Source: Candidatus Poribacteria bacterium
GTDB taxonomy: Bacteria; Poribacteria; WGA-4E; WGA-3G
Length of the DNA: 64,000 nucleotides
Assembly: GCA_965198235.1 (NCBI GenBank)
Contig: OZ240248.1
Location: forward strand, 3,744,001 to 3,808,000
Direction: 5' to 3'
The position numbers were made by a program, and so were the translations under genes. Shown here one piece after another: positions 10,700 through 21,576 of the stretch (positions are counted from its first letter, which is position 1; each line of letters begins with the position of its first letter). The notes under the pieces are model-generated. The model was not told the DNA's origin and did not search any database. It saw only the letters and a program-made list of their open reading frames with translations.

Positions 10700-11136
10700 G
10701 TCGCCTTGTTTGTCGTCCATCCATCTTTTTCTGTGTATGTTGTTTTTCAGTTATTCTCTTCATTTCACCTGCGTTTTCTGGTGAAGCAACGGATCTTGAG
10801 TTCATTCGTAAGTTTAACCCAATGACAACACAGAAACCCCAAGAGATTGTCCGCTTTAATCCACAGGAACCTTCCGAACTGGAACTTGTCGCGACCGGAT
10901 TGATTCGGCTTTACCAGAAGTTTGTCTCCAGCCAAGACGGTCCAACATGTAACTTCCAACCGACCTGTTCTCGCTTCGGCATGGCGTGCATACAGGAATA
11001 TGGTGTAGTCCGAGGGATACTGCTTACTGCTGATAGACTCATCCGGTGCAACGGGTCGCAGTCGCAGCATTACCACAAAGATGGCGTAACAGGTAAATAC
11101 ATGGACCCCGTTTCAGACTATGCAACACTAAAATAG
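10693..11136 (+). CDS. YidD-domain protein with N-terminal signal sequence
   Basis: LIRLYQKFVS-x5-CNFQPTCS...YGVVRG...DRLIRCN matches the YidD signature. Confidence 0.8.
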   Translation: MVSRLVCRPSIFFCVCCFSVILFISPAFSGEATDLEFIRKFNPMTTQKPQEIVRFNPQEPSELELVATGLIRLYQKFVSSQDGPTCNFQPTCSRFGMACIQEYGVVRGILLTADRLIRCNGSQSQHYHKDGVTGKYMDPVSDYATLK

Positions 11137-11180
11137 TCAAGAAGTTGGGTTTCGCTACATTCAGGCCAACTACGAGTTAT

Positions 11181-12065
11181 ATGAACACCACGCAAATCCC
11201 CAAATTCCTACTCATCATCTTCTTTGCTATTACACTTTTACCCTTCACAGCCGCCGAAGAATCTATTGAATACTATGCTCCCGAAAACGTCCGTAAATTC
11301 GCTGATTTTCTATATGAGCAAGGTGATTACCGCCGCGCCGCGGGTGAATACCAACGTTATCTCTTTTATCAACCACAAGAAAGCCAGCAGATACGCTATA
11401 GAATTGCCCTCTGCTATCGTTTTGCGGGTCAAACCGAGCAAGCCCTCCAGAGTTTTCAGACGCTTTTACGGACGCACCCTGAAGGTCGGTATGTAAGCCG
11501 TGCCTACTATCAGATTGGTGCCACCTATTTCCTGACGGATCAGTTTGCGCAATCTGCGCGATTTCTACGTGAAACTTTGTCACGCGTAACAGATGCCCAG
11601 CAACACGCCGAAGCCGAGCAGCTCATTGGACTTTCTTATCTGATGCAGAAACAGTGGTCTGAAGCGGGTGAGATTTTCAAGACGTTGCAGGGATCGGAGG
11701 TGGCTTCGATCAGCCAAAAGGCGATAGTATATCACAATTTTGCAGAGGCAGGTGCACATCTGCCCACCCGTAGTCCGTTTTTGGCTGGGGTACTCTCTAC
11801 AATTGTCCCCGGAGCTGGCCGACTCTATACGGGTAGGATCAGCGATGCGCTTACATCTCTGCTCACTGTTACTTTAACAGGATGGCAGGCTTACGACGGT
11901 TTCCACAGGGATGGCATATCATCAGTGAAAGGATGGACGCTCGGCACAATCAGTGGTATCCTCTACGTGGGTAACATCTACGGTTCGGTAATTTCAGCCC
12001 GCGTTTACAATCGTCACGTAGCGGACGAGTTCTTGACAACACTATCTGTAGAATTACCGTATTGA
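11181..12065 (+). CDS. Exported TPR protein with C-terminal hydrophobic domain
   Basis: TPR-like helices (FADFLYEQGDYRRAAGEY, AYYQIGATYF) and LSTIVPGAGRLY motif. Confidence 0.8.
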   Translation: MNTTQIPKFLLIIFFAITLLPFTAAEESIEYYAPENVRKFADFLYEQGDYRRAAGEYQRYLFYQPQESQQIRYRIALCYRFAGQTEQALQSFQTLLRTHPEGRYVSRAYYQIGATYFLTDQFAQSARFLRETLSRVTDAQQHAEAEQLIGLSYLMQKQWSEAGEIFKTLQGSEVASISQKAIVYHNFAEAGAHLPTRSPFLAGVLSTIVPGAGRLYTGRISDALTSLLTVTLTGWQAYDGFHRDGISSVKGWTLGTISGILYVGNIYGSVISARVYNRHVADEFLTTLSVELPY

Positions 12066-12088
12066 TTGAGAAACCCTACATATCCTAC

Positions 12089-13105
12089 TCATCGCCTTGT
12101 GACGAATTCTGGTTGTGCAACTTGCATGCGGATTGGCGGTAACCCTGCCGCGATGGCTTCAACGTCATCTGTAACCCTTCTGCCGATGTCGAAAAGTGCG
12201 TGGTCGATAGCACCCGCCATGTGACAGGTGAGTATCGTATTTTCGGTCTCTCGGACCGGATGATCGGACGGGGGCGGTTCCTCAGGATAGACATCAATCG
12301 TTGCTCGAAATCTGCCAGCATTTGTCAATTCAAGGAGCGCGTCGAAATCAACAAGGTGCGAACGGCTTGCTAAGACAAGCACTGCCCCCGGCTTAATCTG
12401 TGCCAATTTCTCGTAAGTCAGCAGCTCCCTGTTCTCCAGTGTTGGAATCGCTAAAACGAAGGTGACATCGCACGTTTGCAGCAGTTCCTCCAACCCCATC
12501 GGATGTATTCCCTGCTGTTCTAAATGTGTATCAGGAAGCCACGGATCGTAGGCGTGCAGTTTACATTTGAAAGGTGCTAACAGCAGTCGAAGCTCCCGTG
12601 CGAGGTTTCCATAGCCGATGATACCCACCGTTGCATTATAGAGCGTGCAAATGTCGGCTTGCCCACGCCACCCCCAGTTCTCTTCACCTCGACGCATTCG
12701 TCGATCGGCATCGACGATGTTCCGTAAGGCAGCCAGGGCGTGTCCCAACGCCATCTCAGCCACCATTTTGGCGAAAGCAGGCGCGCAACTCAGCACACGA
12801 ATACTCCGTCTGAAGCAGGTTTGGTAATCAACCTGTCCCTTTCTGGGATGTGCACCGCCTACCTCCATAATAGTCGTCAGATGCGGCGCGGCATTTTCGT
12901 CAACATCCCCGACCCCGTAGCTGGGAATACCTATCAGAATAGATGCCTCTTTCTTGGCTTCGGTCCACGCATCTTCGGGCATCTGTTCGTCTTTACCCCA
13001 GATAACTTCAACAGTATTCCCAAGCCGTTGCAGGTCGCCTGATGTGAAAATGGTGTCGAGTTGCCGTACCGGACGCGTATGCAAAATCGCTTTTAACATT
13101 ATCAA
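12089..13105 (-). CDS. D-isomer-specific 2-hydroxyacid dehydrogenase family protein
   Basis: GIIGYGNLA NAD motif, YDPW, DVYPEEP, TCHMAG. Confidence 0.88.
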   Translation of the reverse strand: MIMLKAILHTRPVRQLDTIFTSGDLQRLGNTVEVIWGKDEQMPEDAWTEAKKEASILIGIPSYGVGDVDENAAPHLTTIMEVGGAHPRKGQVDYQTCFRRSIRVLSCAPAFAKMVAEMALGHALAALRNIVDADRRMRRGEENWGWRGQADICTLYNATVGIIGYGNLARELRLLLAPFKCKLHAYDPWLPDTHLEQQGIHPMGLEELLQTCDVTFVLAIPTLENRELLTYEKLAQIKPGAVLVLASRSHLVDFDALLELTNAGRFRATIDVYPEEPPPSDHPVRETENTILTCHMAGAIDHALFDIGRRVTDDVEAIAAGLPPIRMQVAQPEFVTRR

Positions 13106-13124
13106 TCCTTTTTTAAGTACCTTT

Positions 13125-13681
13125 TTATCGCATAAGATCTGACTTAAGTTTTCCCCATGTTGTTGCCAGTTTATCTTGAGGTTTTACTGTTAATACGCCT
13201 TCGATGCCTCTGTTCATTAACTCCTGAATCTCCTGCTCGGAGTGTGCAATGTTGGAAATCCTGACCTCATCCATTCGTCCTTCTAAGAATGGACCTGCAC
13301 CCCGGCCGAGCCACAAGACCTCGTTATTCGGAACGATGTCTCCACCGATTTTGCCTTCACCGTCCAAAACGCCATTGATGTAAATCTTGGCTTCACCGGA
13401 CTTCGCATCGTAGGTACCAGCGATATGTGTCCATTTTTTAAGTGGCATGTCTGTTTTACCGGCAATAGCAGCAGCACCCCAAGCCCCGGATTACCCTCTC
13501 CCCATTTCGGACCCATAAGTTCGCCATCGTTGTTGTTTCCAGAGAGATCTTTAACGGTCTTCCCCGCCCCTGTTTCAAAAGTGTAAAGAAGGACAGTGTG
13601 TTCATCTTGCGCGAAGCTAATCAAGTTCTCAGCAGATATTAACAAGAGGACTAACGTTAGCCAGCGTATGCTGTTCTGCAT
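13125..13681 (-). pseudogene. LamG-domain exported protein, internally deleted and frameshifted
   Basis: One frame has the signal peptide plus LLYTFETGAGKTVKDLSGNNNDG; another has WTHIAGTYD...MDEVRIS...KLATTWGKLK; junction near 13485. Confidence 0.8.
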
Positions 13682-13765
13682 GATGGGATTTTTCCTTACT
13701 TAAGTGTGATTTGGCATTTTAGCATAGATCGATCCAACCCGCAATTCAAAAATGGACATACCGTC

Positions 13766-13803
13766 TTTTCTGAACAAATTTGATGCCGATTTGCCTAATC
13801 TAA
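13766..13803 (+). promoter_or_regulatory. Conserved bipartite motif TTTTCTGAACAAATT-N8-ATTTGCCTAATCTAA (copy 1), candidate alternative-sigma promoter
   Basis: Both 15-bp halves and the spacing are identical to 18550-18587. Confidence 0.55.
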
Positions 13804-13977
13804 CAAGGGGAATAGACCAAAATCTTCCAACTGTTAGAGAGAAAAATCTATGACGCGAAACAGGTTACCATTGTTCTTGCGTTATTTTTTTTCAGCGTTA
13901 TACTGAAGCCATGAAAAACACAAAACAGCGAGTTTCGCCCCACTTTTCTATAGAGACGCTCAAAATTGGGACTTGAC

Positions 13978-16029
13978 ATGCAGTATACATCGCAGCAAAA
14001 TGATTGGTTGGTTCAACCCTTTCGTCAGCCCGCTTCAGTAGAAAAAACGGACAATCAGCTTACTCTTGATAACGGGCTCATTCAGCGAACATTCGTCACC
14101 TCACCTAATTTCGCAACGGTTGATTATACCAATCAAATTACCGGTAGCAGTCTTCTTCGTGGCATCAAACCAGAGGCGGTACTTACGATTAACGGATGCC
14201 AATTTGAGGTAGGTGGCTTGAAAGGGCAACCCGACTATGCCTATCTTGATTTGGATTGGGTTTCGGACTTGACAAGTGACGGGAACGCATTTCAATTTCG
14301 CGAATATCGAGTTGGTGAAACTGAAACCCGCTATCCGTGGGTACGCAGGCGTTCCACAACATCATCCGTATATCCACCAGAGGGTGTGACACTGACCGTT
14401 GAATTCGCGTCCCCGCTATCCGTTGACGCCCTCCGGGTTTGTGGGCATTATGAACTCTACCGAGGCGTTCCGGTACTGTCCAAGTGGGTCACTGTTCGCA
14501 ATGAGAGCCAAAAACCGATTCAACTTGATGCCTTAAACTGTAAAATCCTTGCGGTCAATGAGCAGGAGAAGCATCGGCTACATGTCGAGAGCGATTATGC
14601 TTTCAGTGGAATGGAAGCGACACACTGGGGTCCAGATGTGAATTACAAGACACAGGTTGATTATCACTATCAGATGCCACTGTTGATGACAAGTTGTTAT
14701 CCACTCGGTCCGGGAATACTTCCTCAACCGGGAGAGACTTTCAAGGGTTTCCGCACCTTTGAAATTCTACATGATAGTGATGATCGTGAACGAAAAGGAC
14801 TTGCACGCCGCAAGATGTATCGCACAGTCGCGCCACAGGTCGCAGAGAATCCAATTCTAATGCACGTTCGGAGTGCCGAACCGGACGCGGTCCGTTTGGC
14901 GATCGATCAGTGCGCCGAAGTCGGATTTGAGATGGTGATTATGACCTTTGGAAGCGGATTTAACATTGAGAGCGAAAACCCGGAATACATCACCACAATG
15001 AAGGAATTGACCGATTATGCACATCGCAAAGGTATTCAGCTCGGTGGTTATACATTGATGTGTGCTTCTCGGAATGTGGGTGAAGATTTTAACTGTATTG
15101 ACCCGGACACTGGGCAACCCGGGAGTAGATTTGGGCAGAGTGCTTGTCTTGCGAGCAGATGGGCGGACGGCTATTTTCAGCGAGTGCTGAATTTCATGGA
15201 TGCAACCGGAATGGATGTCATAGAAACTGATGGTCCTTATCATGGTGACATCTGTGCGGCAACGACGCACGAACACCATAACGGCTTGGCGGATTCGCAG
15301 TTGCGCCAGTGGGAAGCGTGTGTTCTTTTTTACCACGAATGCCGAAAACGCGGTATCTATGTCAATTCGCCAGATAGGTATTACCTCAACGGTTCAAACA
15401 AATGTGGTATGGGCTATCGCGAAACGAATTTCAGCTTGCCCCGCGAGCGACAAATTCTAATTGCCCGGCAGAATATCTACGATGGAACTTTTGAAAAGAC
15501 ACCGAGTATGGGTTGGATGTTCGTCCCGTCGGTGGAGTACCACGGTGGCGGAGAAGCCGCAACGTTTGAACCGCTTTGCGAACACCTTGATGATTACGAA
15601 TCACATCTATCACAGAACTTCGGCAGTGGTGTGATTGCGTGCTATCGCGGTCCCCGACTTTTTGATACTGAACAGACGAAAGCAGTCGTTAAGAAATGGG
15701 TTGACTTCTACAAAAAGTATCGCCCAATATTGGATTCTGACCTGATTCACGTGCGCCGTCCAGATGGTCGTTCCATTGATTGTGTGCTTCACGCCAACTC
15801 GCAAATCAACCCCTGTGGACTCGCGATGCTCTATAATCCTACGCTGACGGTGCAACAGATCACTTTGAAACTATCGCTCTATTATACTGGGTTGTCGGAA
15901 ATTGCCAAGGTTCGTGAAGAAGAAGGAGCACCTAAACATTACAAGATCGACCGGGATTACAACGTTGAGATTCCGATTAAGATGGAAGCTAAGAGCGTAA
16001 GTTATCTCGTTATTGAACCTGAAGTTTGA
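13978..16029 (+). CDS. Alpha-galactosidase-like (GH36/GH27 clan) glycoside hydrolase
   Basis: Resembles bacterial proteins annotated as alpha-galactosidase (IDQCAEVGFEMVIMTFGSG, ETDGPYHGD); family assignment from recall only. Confidence 0.55.
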   Translation: MQYTSQQNDWLVQPFRQPASVEKTDNQLTLDNGLIQRTFVTSPNFATVDYTNQITGSSLLRGIKPEAVLTINGCQFEVGGLKGQPDYAYLDLDWVSDLTSDGNAFQFREYRVGETETRYPWVRRRSTTSSVYPPEGVTLTVEFASPLSVDALRVCGHYELYRGVPVLSKWVTVRNESQKPIQLDALNCKILAVNEQEKHRLHVESDYAFSGMEATHWGPDVNYKTQVDYHYQMPLLMTSCYPLGPGILPQPGETFKGFRTFEILHDSDDRERKGLARRKMYRTVAPQVAENPILMHVRSAEPDAVRLAIDQCAEVGFEMVIMTFGSGFNIESENPEYITTMKELTDYAHRKGIQLGGYTLMCASRNVGEDFNCIDPDTGQPGSRFGQSACLASRWADGYFQRVLNFMDATGMDVIETDGPYHGDICAATTHEHHNGLADSQLRQWEACVLFYHECRKRGIYVNSPDRYYLNGSNKCGMGYRETNFSLPRERQILIARQNIYDGTFEKTPSMGWMFVPSVEYHGGGEAATFEPLCEHLDDYESHLSQNFGSGVIACYRGPRLFDTEQTKAVVKKWVDFYKKYRPILDSDLIHVRRPDGRSIDCVLHANSQINPCGLAMLYNPTLTVQQITLKLSLYYTGLSEIAKVREEEGAPKHYKIDRDYNVEIPIKMEAKSVSYLVIEPEV

Positions 16030-16338
16030 ATCCACCCTATTTTTTCGAGTGTATTGCCCAAATAATATTTTTCTTAAAGGAAACCGCGAAATCCCCTTAT
16101 TAGGGGACTTTGAGAAGAGTTCTTGGTGAAGTTGATAGAAGGTTATACCATTTCTGAAAATAAATATCACATAGACGGCTTTTCTGAAGGGATACACGGC
16201 AGCACAAACTAAAAGTTTATGCTACATGCATATTGAAACGTATTCAATTAGAAATGGTATTACAACACCAGTGAAGCACAAAGTGCTATAATCCTGATTT
16301 TCCAATCAGGAGACTGCACTGGACAATTGGAGAAAAAA

Positions 16339-17106
16339 ATGAGAGTCATCCAATTAAAAAAAGCAATTTTGGTATACGTGATGCTGGTCTCCATCAGTTT
16401 CATGATTCCAGATCTAAGTTCTGCCAAACTCGATGCGGACGCACTTTTGGGAATATGGTTCTTTGATGAAGGTAAAGGCGGTGAGGCAATAGATTCTTCC
16501 GAGAATGGCAATGACGGAGAGATTGTTGATGCCCAATGGGTCGATGGTGAGTTCGGCAAAGCCCTAAAGTTTGAGGGAGGAGGTCATGTTGCTGTCGGTG
16601 ATTTTTCTGACTATGAGGATGAAGTATCAATCGTCGCTTTGATTAAAACGCCTGCAGCCCCTGCATGGTCTGACATCATCGTAGGTCCCTGCGGCGATGT
16701 TATCTTGACATTAAGGGACCACAAATTAAATTTCGCTGGACAGTGTGCGCAACCGATTCCGCATAATACGTGGTCTAAAAGTTTATTGAACGATGATAAG
16801 TGGCACCAGATTTCAGGTACGTATGACGGAAAAGAAGTGAAGGTCTATATTGATGGTGAAGAAGAAGCATCTAATGCCGCCGCAGGTCCATTTAAAGCGG
16901 GTCCAAAGTATATTGGCTCCAGAGACGACAAGCAGGAGGCTTTCACCGGTCTCATTGATGAGATTGCATTTTTCAATGTTGCACTCTCAGAAGCTGATGT
17001 GAAGGCGATTGCAGACAGTGGATTATCTATCGCACTCGGTTTTGCCGCGGTGTCTCCTCAAGCGAAACTGGCGACGGCTTGGGCGAGATTGAAAACGGAA
17101 CATTAA
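16339..17106 (+). CDS. Exported LamG (ConA-like jellyroll) protein
   Basis: Signal peptide, GIWFFDEG, GEFGKAL, WHQISGTYDG, IDEIAFFN, tail AVSPQAKLATAWARLK. Confidence 0.88.
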   Translation: MRVIQLKKAILVYVMLVSISFMIPDLSSAKLDADALLGIWFFDEGKGGEAIDSSENGNDGEIVDAQWVDGEFGKALKFEGGGHVAVGDFSDYEDEVSIVALIKTPAAPAWSDIIVGPCGDVILTLRDHKLNFAGQCAQPIPHNTWSKSLLNDDKWHQISGTYDGKEVKVYIDGEEEASNAAAGPFKAGPKYIGSRDDKQEAFTGLIDEIAFFNVALSEADVKAIADSGLSIALGFAAVSPQAKLATAWARLKTEH

Positions 17107-17220
17107 CTTGTTGAGGGTATTAACTTCGTTATTATACGTGCGCTCAGATTCGGTATGTAGTGAATCAGTCCAGATGCGCGCACTGCCTTGCAGTGAGAGT
17201 CGTTGGGGTTGAACGAAACG

Positions 17221-18045
17221 TCAAAAATCAGAGGATTTCGCAACGAGACGCCAATGTTGACTGCACTCCAGCGGCCAATCGGTACAAATAGCGTCCATTT
17301 TGATGGCGCGGGCTTTGTCCCAGATGTCAGATTGCTTCGCACCGATGTGCAAGGCGAGCCAAACTTGTTTACCGAGCTTATGAGCCTGTTCCATCGCTTT
17401 CGCATTCGGAATGAAATGCACCCACAAGCAGTCTGCGAGTGGATCCTGCAGTGCTGCGGCAAACTTATCGGCTTCACTGTTATTTAGATATACCGTGGTC
17501 TTTAGTTTCGGATTGGCTTGTTTGAATCGACAACTCGAATCGCTGGGCTGACCGAAGGCGCAGAGTTGATTAAACAGTCCGTATTTTTCGACGAGCTGCA
17601 CGATGTTCTGCTCAATCCTCGGCGAGATGAGTTTCATATTCAGTGCGATGGTCACCGGAGTTCGCTGACGCTCGCGAATGAGTTTGAACACCTCTTCTAA
17701 TGTCGGTACCTTCTCACCATTGAAACGCTGATCGAACCAACTTCCGGCATCCAGTTTTCGGATTTCCGCCAAGGTCATTTTAATTACTTCGCCGGTGCCG
17801 TTGGTCGTGCGGTCCACAGTCTTGTCGTGAATGACCACCAGGTGTTCGTCGCGTGTTTGGTAGACGTCCAACTCTATTGATAAGCCCAACTCGATGGCAG
17901 CGGCAAAAGCGGGTAGAGTGTTCTCAGGCGCGTGCTGCACCAAACCGCGGTGAGCGAGCAAGATTGGATCCGCTACCGACTCATTCGCCGCTGGCTCTGG
18001 CGGCGCGGCGATCGCACACATAAATATCAGCATGTTGAACGACAT
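17221..18045 (-). CDS. Glycerophosphodiester phosphodiesterase family protein
   Basis: AHRG, PENTLPAF, ELDV, HDKTVDRTTNG, ICTDWP. Confidence 0.92.
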   Translation of the reverse strand: MSFNMLIFMCAIAAPPEPAANESVADPILLAHRGLVQHAPENTLPAFAAAIELGLSIELDVYQTRDEHLVVIHDKTVDRTTNGTGEVIKMTLAEIRKLDAGSWFDQRFNGEKVPTLEEVFKLIRERQRTPVTIALNMKLISPRIEQNIVQLVEKYGLFNQLCAFGQPSDSSCRFKQANPKLKTTVYLNNSEADKFAAALQDPLADCLWVHFIPNAKAMEQAHKLGKQVWLALHIGAKQSDIWDKARAIKMDAICTDWPLECSQHWRLVAKSSDF

Positions 18046-18187
18046 AATTTATCTCCTGGTAGCAAATGAAGCCTCATCTGGCGGAACGAAACGGCGATTT
18101 TCCGATGCATCGAAGCCCGGCTTGTTGTTTTCCTTGGTTGCACTAAAGGAATTGACGGATACCCTCTCAACCACGTTGCACGGCATC

Positions 18188-18323
18188 ATAGTAAAGTCGA
18201 AAGATAACTCTCACTGCGAGGCAGTTTTGTAGCATAAACTGTTAGTTTGGGTTTCCTCTGTAGGACGCAGACTAACAGTCTACGCTACAGTAGAGGTGTC
18301 CAAGTAATTATGGGCTTTACTAT
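18188..18323. repeat. Composite MITE/REP-like element
   Basis: Imperfect terminal IRs ATAGTAAAGTC...GGGCTTTACTAT; left 37 bp nearly identical to 9313-9349; internal GTAGCATAAACTGTTAGT...ACTAACAGTCTACGCTAC palindrome. Confidence 0.55.
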
Positions 18324-18549
18324 AACTGCAAAAATGATAACACACTTAGCCAAAATAGTGGAGAGAAAAGATAGAAATACGTGGATTCGGTAAAAGAGAC
18401 GGGTTCTTATACGGAATCAACACCGACTGTCAGACGCGCCTTCGACTTTGTCTATGTCTCCTCAAAGTGGTCCCTTACTATTCATGCATAAATTTTGACT
18501 TCCTGAGACCCACCCTACGAAAGAAAACCTGCGCGCGAAAGATGGGTAT

Positions 18550-18587
18550 TTTTCTGAACAAATTCAGCCCTTATTTGCCTAATCTAA
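18550..18587 (+). promoter_or_regulatory. Conserved bipartite motif (copy 2) upstream of the 18640 gene
   Basis: Identical halves to 13766-13803. Confidence 0.55.
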
Positions 18588-20727
18588 GTAAAGAACGTAT
18601 GCTTCCCATAAAAATTCCCAACGCTTAGAGAGGAAACAAATGAAACGGAAACATGTTATTATAACCCTTTTCCTGTGTGCAGTGGTATTTTCATTGGCAG
18701 TCGTCCTAAACACTTGGACCCAAGATGAGCTGTCGAAAGAAGAGACACGATTTGACCTTGACCAGAATGATGAACTCAGTGACGCTGAAAAGCAACTCAT
18801 GTTTAGGGTGATGAGACTCGAAGCCGCCAGAGGCACCAAGTTCAGTGCGCAACAGATACGTGAGATGCTAAGTGGGCAGCGGGATAGATCCCGTCGAAGG
18901 GGTGGGTTCGGTGGACGACGCGGTTCCAGGGAGCCTTCAGGACCGCGCTTGGATCCGGAACAGGTCGCATTCAAGGATGGTGCAGCTACAGTCCCCGATC
19001 GCGAAACCTTTGAAAAATTATCGTATCAAGGAACAGATGTACGTATTGACACGCAACTTACCGGAATTGAATTTGTAAAATTTCAGATTGAGAATACACA
19101 TACACAAAATCCACAACTCTATTTCATGAATACGGAGACCCATCGCTCCCATGGTAGTTTCATGAGTGCTGCTGGTTTGGGGCGAGGGCAAGGACAGATG
19201 CGTGGTGTGCTTAGCTACCGTCCGCTTTTCATGGCTCCAAATGGTGAACCCGGTGTTTATACCTTTGAATTTAATCCAAACGATGCATTCCCGTTTGAAG
19301 AGATCAAACTTGCGCACGATCTGCTTGTGGCGAAGATGCCTGTACTGAAAAATAGGCTTGGTTATTGCCCATTGTGGGGCGCGATCGACATTTATGATCG
19401 AGAAAAGGCACTCTATGACGCTGCAGAATTCCCTGTTTATTTTGAGGACGATCTCTATGCGAATATCGGCTACCTTCCGCTGAATCAAGCAGCGTCATTC
19501 GGTCGACTGCGTATATTGGAGACAGACGAACGTCCTACAGTTCGTGACATCGTCATTTGCAAAACTCTACCGAACGAGATGCCACGAGTTGCTGGGGTAA
19601 TCACCGGAGTTCGACAGACACCGCTTTCACACGTCAATCTTCGTGCGATTCAGGACAAAGTCCCCAACGCCTTCATCGCCACGGCGTGGGAAAACAAGGA
19701 GATCGCACCGCTCATCGGTAGATATGTCTACTATGAGGTGAACGCCGATGGCTTTGAGATTAGGGAGGCAACGTTTAAGGAAGTAAAGACACACTTCGCC
19801 GATTTACGTCCGTCGAAGACACAGAAACCTGGGCGTGATCTCTCTGTTCCGAAGGTGTTGCCGCTTGACAGCATCGGTTTTGCAGACGCTGCACGCTTCG
19901 GTGTGAAAACGGCTAATCTGGCAACGCTTCGGACGTTAGGATTTCCCGCAGGTACAGTACCAAACGGTTTTGGTGTGCCGTTGTACTTTTACGATGCGTT
20001 CATGAAACACAACGGCTTCTATGCAGAGGCACTACTCAAAGATTCCAAATTTCAGGATAATTACGACACGAGGGAGGCTGAACTGAAAGGGTTGAGAGAG
20101 CGCATCGAGAAGGGTGAAATGCCGACATGGATGATGGACGCACTTTCGGAATTACAGAACGCATTTCCAGAGGGCACATCCCTCCGATGCCGTTCCAGTA
20201 CTAACAACGAGGATTTACCCGGCTTCAGTGGAGCAGGCTTATATGATTCCTATACACATCACCCAGACGAAGGACACCTATCCAAGTCGGTTAAACAAGT
20301 GTTTGCAAGTCTCTGGAATTTCCGTGCATTTGAAGCACGCGAATTCTATCGCATTGACCACTTCGCTACGGCTATGGGGGTACTTGTCCATCCCAATTTC
20401 GCAAACGAATTGGCGAATGGGGTTGCTGTAACTGATGATGTTGTTTATCAAACGGTCGGAAATTACTACCTCAACACGCAGGTTGGCGAGGACCTCGTGA
20501 CGAACCCTGAAGAGCAATCCATTCCTGAAGAAGTTCTCATGGATTGGTGGGACAGCACTAACTACAGGGTTGTGAAAACTTCCAATCGCACAGAAGACAA
20601 CAAGCGAATCTTGACGGATGCCTATCTACGTGAACTAAGTCGTTATCTTATGGTAATACACAACAAATTCAGCCAGTTATACGGTCCCTGAAGTGCATAC
20701 GCTTATTTAGACCACAATTTCGCAAAG

Positions 20728-21576
20728 TTAAGATAAGGTTTGTCGTTGAAATTCCATAGGAGTCAAATACCCTAACGCCGAATGCGGGCGTTTCTGATGA
20801 TACACCTGTGTGATAAAATGTCCGATGCGATCTCTCGCCTCGGTGATGCTTTGATAGTCATTGATGTGAACTTCTTCCTCTTTGAGCGTGCGAATGAGTC
20901 TTTCCGCATATCCGTTCTCCCAAGGCCGTCCGCGCTGTGCGACGGAAATCTCAACGCCATGTTCTTGGAGCGTTGTGATGTAGGCACTTGAAAGATACTG
21001 CACGCCTTGATCGGAATGATGAATCTCAGGGACGCTGTGGCGTAATGCTTCTTTGAGCGGTTTGAGCGTCAGAGATTGGTTCAAGTGCTGACTGATCTGC
21101 CAAGCTTTGATGATTCGGGTGAAAACATCCATGAGCAGGCAGACATAGATGAAACGTCCATTGAGACGAACATAGGTAATATCAGACACCCAGACCTGAT
21201 CCTGACGAGAGACTTCAAGGGTTTCGAGCAGGTTGCTCCAAGGTTTTTCACCCTGAAGCGATTTTGTTGTTTGACACGCACGCTTGACAGTGACCAAAAG
21301 ATTCCTATTTTTCATCAATCGTGCGACGCGTCGGGTCCCAACGGTGTGTCCCATACGCAGTAGCAACTGCGTGATACGCCTATACCCGTATCTCGGATAC
21401 CGTCCCGCAAGCGTCTCTATTTCCGATCGTAGCAGATCTTCGGACGGATCCTCTTGGGGGTGATAATAGAAACTGCTGCGGTTGAAACCGAGTGTTTCAC
21501 AAATCTCTCGCACGGAATACTCCTTGTGCAATGCCGAAATGAGGCTTCGCTTTTCGGATAAGGTCATTTCAACCAA
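20728..21576 (-). CDS. IS3 transposase OrfB (DDE integrase core)
   Basis: YGYRRI, WVSDITY, HHSDQGVQY, ENGYAERLIRTLKEE, RPHSALGYLTP. Confidence 0.95.
   Translation of the reverse strand: MVEMTLSEKRSLISALHKEYSVREICETLGFNRSSFYYHPQEDPSEDLLRSEIETLAGRYPRYGYRRITQLLLRMGHTVGTRRVARLMKNRNLLVTVKRACQTTKSLQGEKPWSNLLETLEVSRQDQVWVSDITYVRLNGRFIYVCLLMDVFTRIIKAWQISQHLNQSLTLKPLKEALRHSVPEIHHSDQGVQYLSSAYITTLQEHGVEISVAQRGRPWENGYAERLIRTLKEEEVHINDYQSITEARDRIGHFITQVYHQKRPHSALGYLTPMEFQRQTLS

Noticed and set aside
16030-16200. AT-rich tract with possible terminal inverted repeats (GTGTATTGCCC / GGGATACAC)
   Set aside because: The match is too short and no second copy is visible in the window
18047-18188. 46-codon minus-strand ORF upstream of the phosphodiesterase gene
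   Set aside because: No RBS or recognisable motif; it begins at a repeat boundary
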